Shown here: one piece after another, positions 56,564 through 64,000 of the stretch | Position numbering within the stretch: the stretch's first letter is position 1 | Layout: each line of letters begins with the position of its first letter | DNA from: a virus | IMG/VR virus record: IMGVR_UViG_3300012920_000023 | Coordinates: 1 to 64,000 of that record | Length of the DNA stretch: 64,000 bases | Direction: 5' to 3' (one strand) | Program-made: the position numbers and the translations under genes | Notes under the pieces: generated by a model | The model's database searches: none | What the model was told of the DNA's origin: nothing | Seen by the model: only the letters and a program-made list of their open reading frames with translations

Positions 56564-58651
56564 ATGATATTTTCCGGCGAAAATGAGGGGCGAAAGGTAC
56601 GTTCTTTTGTCCTGCCTAGTTCATTTATTGATCAATATAAAGAAAGGCAACCCAAGTGGGGGCCATTAGGTTACATAACTTATAAGCGAACTTATGCTCG
56701 GCCTAAGCCGGATGGAAGTTCAGAAGAGTTCTATGAGACTGCTCAAAGAGTAGTTGAGGGTGTGTACAATGTCCAAAAGATACACTGTAGAAGACTCGGA
56801 CTTCCTTGGGATGATCGTAAGGCTCAAAAATCTGCTCAAGAAATGTACCGCCGTATGTGGGAGTTTAAGTTCCTCCCACCGGGGCGTGGTCTATGGATGA
56901 TGGGCACAGAGCAGGTTTACAAGAACGGCAGTGCAAGCCTTAATAACTGTGCGTTTGTATCAACGAAAGACATAGCCACTGATTTTGCATCTCCGTTCAC
57001 CTTTTTGATGGATATGTCTATGCTAGGAGTTGGCGTCGGGGGTGACTGTAAAGGTGCAGGATTAGTACGGATTGTTGAGCCATCCATTGATGAAGAAACT
57101 TATAAAGTAGAGGATAGCCGGGAGGGGTGGGTTGGACTTCTGAGGGTTATTTTAAACGCCTATGTAGGAAAGGGCAGTCTCCCGGCAGAGGTTGATTACA
57201 GTGATGTCCGGCCTTACGGTACACCTATTAAGGGCTTTGGTGGTGTAGCAAGTGGCCCTAAGCCTTTGATTGAACTTACTGATAAAGTTAAAGAAGTCCT
57301 TAATACTCCCGGTGAGTTAATCACGACCTCGCAGATCGTAGACATATTCAACCTTATCGGTGTGTGTGTTGTAGCAGGCAATGTTCGGCGTACTGCCGAG
57401 ATTATGTTCGGTGAGCCGGACGACGAGGTTTTCGCAAAACTAAAAGACCCATCTGAACTCAATGAACTTTATCGCCGGCAACAAGAACTTGAGAGCGATT
57501 ATACGTTTCCCGATGAAAGTGTAGAGTCTAAGATCGAAGAGGTTAAGAGACAAATCTCAAATCACCCTCTGCGAACTCACCGGTGGGCTTCAAATAACTC
57601 AATATTTGCCGAGATAGGAATGGACTACAGCACGATAGCCGAGTCAATAAAGGCGAACGGAGAACCGGGCTTGGTTTGGTTAGACACAATGAGAGATTGG
57701 GGCCGGCTCATTGATCATAAACCTAACGGTAAAGATTATCGTGCGATGGGTTCAAACCCATGTGCAGAGCAGACTCTTGAGTCCTTTGAGTTGTGCTGTT
57801 TAGTAGAGACATTCCCGGCTCATCATGATGATCTAGATGATTATTTAGACACATTAAAATACGCATATCTGTATGCAAAAACCGTGACCCTCATTCCGAC
57901 TCATGACCCCCGGACAAACACTGTTATGAACAGGAATCGTCGTATAGGTTGCAGTCAATCGGGGATTGTACAAGCGATGAACAAGTTAGGCAGAAGAACT
58001 TATCTTAATTGGTGCAACATCGGTTACAATCGCATTAAGACTCTTGATAGGAAATACTCAGAGTGGCTAGGCATCCCGAAGTCGATTAAGACAACCTCAG
58101 TAAAGCCGTCCGGCACTGTCTCACTTCTGTGTGGTGCGACTCCGGGCATCCACTTCCCTCACAGTGAATACTATATACGTCGCATTCGTATCGCCGAGGG
58201 ATCACCTTTAGTCGAAATGTGTGCTAATGCCGGTTACCCCGTTGAAACCGATGTTTATGATCAGACCGGCAAGACTATGGTTGTGTCTTTTCCTGTCAAA
58301 GAGGAGCATTACACTAAAGGGAAGAGTGAAGCCACTATATGGGAGCAGGTTGTCAATGCCGTTGACTTACAGCACTATTGGGCCGATAATCAAGTTAGTG
58401 TGACTGTTACTTTTAGCAAAGATGAGGGAAATCAGATTGTGCCGGTGTTAGAGTCATTTGAGAACCGACTTAAGAGCATATCATTCCTACCAATATCGGA
58501 ACACGGATATGCTCAAGCACCTTATGAGACAATCAGTGAGTCGGATTACAACACGCTTATAGAGAATATAAAGCCCATGTTGTTGACTATTGATGGCCAT
58601 GATGTAGAAGATAAATTCTGCGACGGTGACAGTTGCGAAATAAACTTTTAA
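56564..58651 (+). CDS. nrdJ: Class II (B12-dependent, monomeric-type) ribonucleotide reductase
   Basis: PPGRGLW, LNNCAF, GNVRRTA, NPCAEQ, VKPSGTVS and C-terminal FCDGDSC; GGAGG RBS. Confidence 0.93.
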   Translation: MIFSGENEGRKVRSFVLPSSFIDQYKERQPKWGPLGYITYKRTYARPKPDGSSEEFYETAQRVVEGVYNVQKIHCRRLGLPWDDRKAQKSAQEMYRRMWEFKFLPPGRGLWMMGTEQVYKNGSASLNNCAFVSTKDIATDFASPFTFLMDMSMLGVGVGGDCKGAGLVRIVEPSIDEETYKVEDSREGWVGLLRVILNAYVGKGSLPAEVDYSDVRPYGTPIKGFGGVASGPKPLIELTDKVKEVLNTPGELITTSQIVDIFNLIGVCVVAGNVRRTAEIMFGEPDDEVFAKLKDPSELNELYRRQQELESDYTFPDESVESKIEEVKRQISNHPLRTHRWASNNSIFAEIGMDYSTIAESIKANGEPGLVWLDTMRDWGRLIDHKPNGKDYRAMGSNPCAEQTLESFELCCLVETFPAHHDDLDDYLDTLKYAYLYAKTVTLIPTHDPRTNTVMNRNRRIGCSQSGIVQAMNKLGRRTYLNWCNIGYNRIKTLDRKYSEWLGIPKSIKTTSVKPSGTVSLLCGATPGIHFPHSEYYIRRIRIAEGSPLVEMCANAGYPVETDVYDQTGKTMVVSFPVKEEHYTKGKSEATIWEQVVNAVDLQHYWADNQVSVTVTFSKDEGNQIVPVLESFENRLKSISFLPISEHGYAQAPYETISESDYNTLIENIKPMLLTIDGHDVEDKFCDGDSCEINF

Positions 58652-58663
58652 GGAGATAAAGAG

Positions 58664-59440
58664 ATGTCCCTAGATATAATGGACGCAAGAAGCGGTACTC
58701 TCAGTGGTAACTTGGCAAGTGGAGTTCAACTTGAGGACTCAATGTGCCATGATTATGTTGTTCAAGAGATGACCGGTGTCGAAGAGGACTTATTGGCCGG
58801 AAAAGGCCCGATAATGCCAAGGCTTAATCAAGTGATTCTTAACTGCACAGTTTCTATAGGAGGTGTTGCAGACAAGAAAACTTTAGCCGGCATGATACGG
58901 AAATTAACGTCAGTTGATCGTATGATTATGCTTGTGTCTATTCGGCGAGCATCGCTCGGAGACCACTATCGGGTTAAGTATAACTGCCCATCATGCACTT
59001 CAAGTAATAATGCGAGCGTTGACCTCAGTCAACTTGAAATCACTAGAGCGAGAAGTGAATCCGAAACACATGAAGCCCAATTAAGTAGCGGTTGTGTTAT
59101 CGAATGGCATACTATGACCGGGCTAGACGAAGAGTGGTTGTCCACTCAAACTAAGCGTCAAGAAAAAACCGGACGGGCAGACATGTTGACCTTGGCCATT
59201 TTAACAAGAGTTGACTCGATTGACGGTGAAAAGATTGACCGCCGAAAGGATCTTAACTCTGCTCTTAAAACCGTTAAAGGGCTTAGACTTTCTGAGAGAA
59301 ACGAACTCCGGAGTATATTCAAGGAAGAGGAGGGCTCTTATGATACAGAGATTGAATACGAGTGTGCCCATTGTGGACATGAGTTTAAAGCCGACCTTGA
59401 TGTAGGCCAAGCAACCTTTTTTTTCCCCTCGGGAATATAG
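58664..59440 (+). CDS. Tail/baseplate-hub assembly chaperone
   Basis: EMTG.EED.L, DR..MLV.IR, two CxxC pairs; sits upstream of the tape measure. Confidence 0.8.
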   Translation: MSLDIMDARSGTLSGNLASGVQLEDSMCHDYVVQEMTGVEEDLLAGKGPIMPRLNQVILNCTVSIGGVADKKTLAGMIRKLTSVDRMIMLVSIRRASLGDHYRVKYNCPSCTSSNNASVDLSQLEITRARSESETHEAQLSSGCVIEWHTMTGLDEEWLSTQTKRQEKTGRADMLTLAILTRVDSIDGEKIDRRKDLNSALKTVKGLRLSERNELRSIFKEEEGSYDTEIEYECAHCGHEFKADLDVGQATFFFPSGI

Positions 59441-59610
59441 TGGCTTATGAGTCTGAGGTTTTCTATTTATCCGAACTGTGGCATACTAGCCCTTGCGAGA
59501 TAAGTAAAATCCCCTATTCCCTGCGAAAGCGACTATGTGATCAGAAAGACGACCTCGAGAGGAGGAGACAGGCACACAATAGAAGCGGAAGCACCCGGAA
59601 AGTTCGCTAA
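59419..59610 (+). CDS. -1 frameshift extension of the tail chaperone
   Basis: T TTT TTC at 59419-59425; -1 frame reads ..YESEVFYLSELWHTSPCEISKIPYSLRKR.. to TAA ending 59610. Confidence 0.75.
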   Translation, partial: FFPLGNIVAYESEVFYLSELWHTSPCEISKIPYSLRKRLCDQKDDLERRRQAHNRSGSTRKVR

Positions 59611-59624
59611 ACGGAGAATGCCAA

Positions 59625-62441
59625 ATGTCACTACTAGGTTTTAACTTTTCTTTTGGTGCTAGGGATGATGGTTTTGCGTCGGCCTTAACAAGAGCCGGTT
59701 CCGGCATTCAAAACGTCTCGGCCAAGTTTGATGGTTTAGCCAAGCAGGTGAGCAGTGGAAACTTCTTCAATGCGATGAACACTCTACAACTTGATCGGAT
59801 TGGCGATCAGTTAGCAGGATTGAAAGGTCAAAGCACTCAACTAGAGACAAGTCTAGAGGGTACGTTCAGAGGTATGTCTGCCGAAATAAGGCCGGCATTG
59901 GCTCAAATGAATCTGACTCAAAAAGAGTTCAGTAGAGCCAACTCTCAAATTGTGTCTACAGCAGACGCTTTAAATGTGGGTGCAGGGGAAGTTGCTTCGT
60001 CATTTCGGGCGATAAGTCGTACCGGAGAAAGCACTAAAAAAGTGCTGAAAAGCATGGGCATCGGGATGAAAGAGTTGACCTTAATCCAAAAGGCAACGGG
60101 GATGGAGTCTGAACAGTTCACGGCCTTAGTCACAAACCTTACTGACTCCTATGGCTTCAATACAGAAGAGACCAAGAGTTTCCTAAACAACTTTACAAAC
60201 TTAAGTCAAGGTTTAGGCATTGCAGACATAGCCTTTGGTTCGCTCCAAGAAACAATGGGGACACTAGACGAAACTTTATCTTCAAACACACAGTTTATGG
60301 CGATGAGTCGTGAAGAGCAGGCGAAGCACGTTGAAGAACAGGTCATGGGCGTGCAGAGGCTAACCAAGTCGTTTATGACGCTAGGTAAAACGCCACAAGA
60401 GGCTCAAGCGTCGGCACTCCAATTCTTTAAGACGATTAGTCAAGAACGCAAAAGCATTAATGGTATGACTATTGGTATAGGAGATATGGGGGAGACGTTT
60501 AAGTCATTGGCAGAAGAAGCCGGTTTTCAGAACGTGGATAAACTGTTTAGCAATATATCTTCTGATCCGGTGCAGGCACTCCAACAGATAATGGAGATGC
60601 AGGAGGAATTGGCTAAAGCCGGTGATCCTGCGAAACTAGCCCGTTTCAACTCAAAATTGCAGGACATGATGGGCGGTTTGGCATTTATGAAAGATGCCGG
60701 CAAAGGGTTTAGAGACTCTCTCGGAAAGGTAAATGAAGCCACATCAAAGACGGGCGATGGATTAGTAGGCATGGCCAAAAGGGCACACACCACGAATCGT
60801 GGTCTCGATGAGGTGCTTACTAGGATGGAAGACCGGTTTGAAAGGAACTTGATGAAGTTGACCGGTAACACCCGTACGATGTTTGTTCGGCAACAGAGAG
60901 ACATGTATAAGGTTGTTGGTAAAGAAGCGAAGAACCTTGCCGGTAATGAGACTTGGGGGCCACTCTTCAAGCAGTTTGTGTCTGCAAGAAAGATTGGAGC
61001 ATCGGCATTCTTCTTACCAATGCAACGAGATGCCAAGCAGACAAAAAAGGCTCTTGCCGGAATTGACGAGGCTGTGGGTCAAGGTGGGCTTTTGGGTCGG
61101 TTTAAGGCGATACAGTCGGCAGGTATAGCAGGGTTCTTTATGGACTTAGACGGGGCTTTTAAGTCAAACGCAGACAGGCTTAAGGACGCAGAGGACAAGG
61201 CTTTAAAATACTATGCAAGACTTGAAGCGATTGGGTTGACAACGGAGACATTAAAGCCGGCTCTCATGGCTCTCGGGACAGCGTTTGCAAGTCTGTTTGT
61301 AGTGACTAAGGTTGTCAGTTCTCTTGCTACATTAGTATCTATAGGTGGTTCTGTAGCCGGGGTGCTTACTTCAATCGCCGGGGGAATAGCGTCGGCAATC
61401 GGGGCAATAGCGTCTGCCCCGGCGGTCATTGCGGTGGCACTCGCCGGATTAATATACGGCATCGGTGAGGGGATAAAGTTTCTCGCAAACGCCCCTCAAG
61501 AGTTCTTCGACGGCATAGCAGACACGATTGACAATGCCACAATATATTTAAGTGATGCGTTTGATGCGATCATGGACATAGATGTATTTATGATGGTGAC
61601 AACAATGCTAGATAAACTAGAGGATTGGATATTTTCTGTATTTAAAGGCTTGGCTTCGTTTTTTAGCAACCCGTCTAAGTTTATGGTTGTTATAAATGCG
61701 ATAGGTCGTTTCGGCATAAAACTTGGAATGGTTGCTGTCGCAGTTTTAGGAAAACTAGGTGAAGTGTTCGTTGCTATAGGGCTTAAAGCAGTTTCAAACT
61801 TGCAGAGAGGATTTCAATTCGGCATGAATCTTCTTGACGAATATGTGGGGAAGCCTCTCAGATCGTTAGGCCGTAAGATTAGTAAGGCATGGAACGAAAG
61901 GATAGTCGAGCCGGTAGCCAAGGCAGGCACTTATCTGTACGATGCTTTTACAAAGCCTTTTGAATATATCTCCGAATGGTGGGCAGGCTTCTCGTTAGTT
62001 GATAAGTTTAAGGAGAACGTGTGGTTCCCATTGGCGAGGTTCATAATAACGATTGGAAAATCGATCATGATCTTCTTTAATGATGTACTGATTAAACCGT
62101 TTCAAGGTCTTATCAACATGCTCATTAAAGTGTTCAACAGTGTAAATGACCTCTTACCTAAGAGTCTTCAGTTAGCAAGAAAAGAGTACGTTAATTTCTC
62201 ACTTACTGATGAAAACATGGGTGATGTCCTCATGGGTCGGGTGACTTCTGATTACGGTAAAGAGCCGGCAGGAAAAGATGTAAAAGTTGCTGTTGATCAG
62301 ACTAAGGTCGAGCGTTTACTCGCAGATGGCATCAAGATAAATAAAGAAATGCTTGAAGAGGCGAAACGATCCCGTGGAACCCCCAAAGGTGGCACATCGC
62401 CACATAATACCGGAACCACACAAGTAGCACTTAGGAGATAG
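59625..62441 (+). CDS. Tape measure protein
   Basis: 938 aa, helical, A/G-rich hydrophobic block; follows the chaperone. Confidence 0.85.
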   Translation: MSLLGFNFSFGARDDGFASALTRAGSGIQNVSAKFDGLAKQVSSGNFFNAMNTLQLDRIGDQLAGLKGQSTQLETSLEGTFRGMSAEIRPALAQMNLTQKEFSRANSQIVSTADALNVGAGEVASSFRAISRTGESTKKVLKSMGIGMKELTLIQKATGMESEQFTALVTNLTDSYGFNTEETKSFLNNFTNLSQGLGIADIAFGSLQETMGTLDETLSSNTQFMAMSREEQAKHVEEQVMGVQRLTKSFMTLGKTPQEAQASALQFFKTISQERKSINGMTIGIGDMGETFKSLAEEAGFQNVDKLFSNISSDPVQALQQIMEMQEELAKAGDPAKLARFNSKLQDMMGGLAFMKDAGKGFRDSLGKVNEATSKTGDGLVGMAKRAHTTNRGLDEVLTRMEDRFERNLMKLTGNTRTMFVRQQRDMYKVVGKEAKNLAGNETWGPLFKQFVSARKIGASAFFLPMQRDAKQTKKALAGIDEAVGQGGLLGRFKAIQSAGIAGFFMDLDGAFKSNADRLKDAEDKALKYYARLEAIGLTTETLKPALMALGTAFASLFVVTKVVSSLATLVSIGGSVAGVLTSIAGGIASAIGAIASAPAVIAVALAGLIYGIGEGIKFLANAPQEFFDGIADTIDNATIYLSDAFDAIMDIDVFMMVTTMLDKLEDWIFSVFKGLASFFSNPSKFMVVINAIGRFGIKLGMVAVAVLGKLGEVFVAIGLKAVSNLQRGFQFGMNLLDEYVGKPLRSLGRKISKAWNERIVEPVAKAGTYLYDAFTKPFEYISEWWAGFSLVDKFKENVWFPLARFIITIGKSIMIFFNDVLIKPFQGLINMLIKVFNSVNDLLPKSLQLARKEYVNFSLTDENMGDVLMGRVTSDYGKEPAGKDVKVAVDQTKVERLLADGIKINKEMLEEAKRSRGTPKGGTSPHNTGTTQVALRR

Positions 62442-62449
62442 GAGTAAGT

Positions 62450-62797
62450 ATGCCTAAAACTATAGGATCAAAACCAAATCGAAACTCTTGGCTAAACTTC
62501 TGTGAACCTACCGAAATAAAGTTAATCAAAGGATCATTCAAAAACCCGGAGAGGACGGGGTATTTTGAGTTGTTCATCCCCCCCACTATCCCAAGTTCTG
62601 AGAATGACATAAGGCATATTGTGTCTGTACATGAACGAGTCGACTTGATTGCACACAAGTATTATGGAACGTCAGAACTTTGGTGGGTCATTGCGGAGCG
62701 TAACAATATTGATCTCCCCATAGCAGAATTAAGAAGAGGGATGGAGTTGATCATTCCTGCAAGAAGTGTCGTTGAACTAGTTATTTCAAAGGTGTAA
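62450..62797 (+). CDS. Baseplate wedge LysM-like (gp53/tail X-like) protein
   Basis: RVDLIAHKYYG..ELWWVIA..N. Confidence 0.85.
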   Translation: MPKTIGSKPNRNSWLNFCEPTEIKLIKGSFKNPERTGYFELFIPPTIPSSENDIRHIVSVHERVDLIAHKYYGTSELWWVIAERNNIDLPIAELRRGMELIIPARSVVELVISKV

Positions 62798-62802
62798 AAA
62801 TT

Positions 62803-64000
62803 ATGGCCGGAAGTTCTCATTTTAATGCTCTCTGTCAGATCACGATTCATACCGTTAATGGTCAAGATGTCGCTATGGGTGTCGGTACTGACTACCCATT
62901 TGTTACGTCCGTACAGGTCACTCGTGTCTTTGAGAGGTCGTCGGATATTAGCGTCACGATTGAAGCACCGTTCAACGAGGGTCGTGAAATGATGAATAGT
63001 GATCTGTTTCATAGTGGAAATAAGATCACCATAAGAATGAGTTATCCGGACGATTCAAAGGCTCAATTTGAAGTGCAGGGCGTTATTCTCAAGGGGGGAG
63101 TCGGGTTGTCTGTCACCCCAAATGGGATCAGTGGTTCTCTTTCTGTCCGTGGCACAAGTATAACATCGGAGCAGAAGAAGCCTATGGTGCAACCCGGTGA
63201 AAACTATGATGCCTTTGTTTGGCTCAAAGCGGTGGTTGTAGAGGCCGGGTATATTGATCTTATAGCATCTGAGAGAATAAAGAATGATCTCAGTATCATC
63301 GATACGCAGTTTAATGGAGCGAATAGTCTAGAGGGGCATTTAGAGGATTTCTGTATGATGAACGGCTTCCGATGGGTTGAGAACTACGATATGGACAGGG
63401 GAGGCAACATCATTGAAATCCTAGACGATGAAGAGATCGATATAAAGCCGGTGTCTAGAATATTTGTAATGAGAGATTCATTTATGGACACGGCGTATCT
63501 TGCTAACAATGAGTTTATCAAGAACGCAGGAGCAGAAAAGGCCACTGCCTATCCAATTATCTCTTATTCTCCGGAGTTATCCGGGGGATTCTTCGCTAAT
63601 ACAGAGACTATGAAATCAAGTTTAAGAGGTATAGATGGTGATGGTAAAACGGAAGTGAAAGACGAGACCGCCAAGTCTGTAAGGTCGGTTAAGCAGGGGA
63701 TAAAGGGGGGAGACCCGTCAGATGGCACAGAGGATCAACAGGCAGGTGGAACGACAACGGTCAAGGCGGTAGACGAAAAGACCACCGGCGAGGTCATAAG
63801 TCCGCTTTATCCGGAGACTAAAGATAGAGATGTAGACAAAAAGAGACTCGTTAGAGTCATGAGTAGGAATTTGATATCGTACAATGCGAGCCTTACCACT
63901 TTTGGTGTGCCGGATCTCGTACCGTCAGAGAGGATTGCTGTTGTCGGATTAGGTGCTCTCCTTGATGGAATCTTTACAGTCAAAGAGGTTACTCAAGTTT
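62803..64000 (+). CDS. Baseplate hub/late-control D-like protein (runs off the window; not in ORF track)
   Basis: ATG at 62803 (MAGSSHFNA..); the end of the window reads GVPDLVPSERIAVVGLGALLDGIFTVKEV, typical of hub proteins. Confidence 0.7.
   Translation, partial: MAGSSHFNALCQITIHTVNGQDVAMGVGTDYPFVTSVQVTRVFERSSDISVTIEAPFNEGREMMNSDLFHSGNKITIRMSYPDDSKAQFEVQGVILKGGVGLSVTPNGISGSLSVRGTSITSEQKKPMVQPGENYDAFVWLKAVVVEAGYIDLIASERIKNDLSIIDTQFNGANSLEGHLEDFCMMNGFRWVENYDMDRGGNIIEILDDEEIDIKPVSRIFVMRDSFMDTAYLANNEFIKNAGAEKATAYPIISYSPELSGGFFANTETMKSSLRGIDGDGKTEVKDETAKSVRSVKQGIKGGDPSDGTEDQQAGGTTTVKAVDEKTTGEVISPLYPETKDRDVDKKRLVRVMSRNLISYNASLTTFGVPDLVPSERIAVVGLGALLDGIFTVKEVTQV

Noticed and set aside
17906-58651. 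Inteins or introns in TerL, portal, capsid or NrdJ
   Set aside because: Lengths are normal and no splicing or homing-endonuclease motifs were seen; NrdJ has only a short helical insertion.
1-64000. Stop-codon reassignment
   Set aside because: Conserved genes are full length in the standard code and all three stops are used as terminators.
1-64000. tRNA or rRNA genes
   Set aside because: No cloverleaf or T-loop pattern was recognised in the intergenic gaps; a tRNAscan run would be needed to exclude them fully.

Overview
A 64-kb piece of a large, T4-like (contractile-tailed) lytic phage genome in the standard genetic code. About 0-16 kb is an early/accessory region of short genes, many behind a conserved sigma70-like promoter (UP element, TTGACT-N17-TAtAgT). 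It includes an amidoligase, a class III nucleotide cyclase, DUF932, an FmdB zinc ribbon and a lipoprotein. 16.5-39.5 kb is the virion module: ParB-like protein, terminases, portal, core/scaffold, prohead protease, gp23-like capsid, neck, sheath and two tail tubes. 39.5-58.6 kb interrupts the tail module with two Dam-like MTases, a GNAT, an endolysin, a third MTase, two minus-strand fibre genes, a GGCT and a class II RNR. The window ends with tail chaperone, tape measure and baseplate genes. Main unexplained signals: (1) a 16-bp parS-like palindrome GTGCAC-DCRT-GTGCAC recurring every 6-10.5 kb, in a phage that encodes a ParB-like protein; (2) apparent total avoidance of GCNGC, so no protein contains Ala-Ala, plus avoidance of AGCT, GCGC, CGCG, GGWCC and CCAG/CTGG; (3) an unannotated -1 frameshift signal with a stem-loop at the end of the prohead core gene; (4) a shared cleavable-looking N-terminal leader on many proteins, including both Dam-like MTases, suggesting virion-packaged cargo; (5) an AGCACC/GGTGCT inverted repeat at a fixed distance from early promoters. 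All calls come from manual reading and motif recall; no searches were run.
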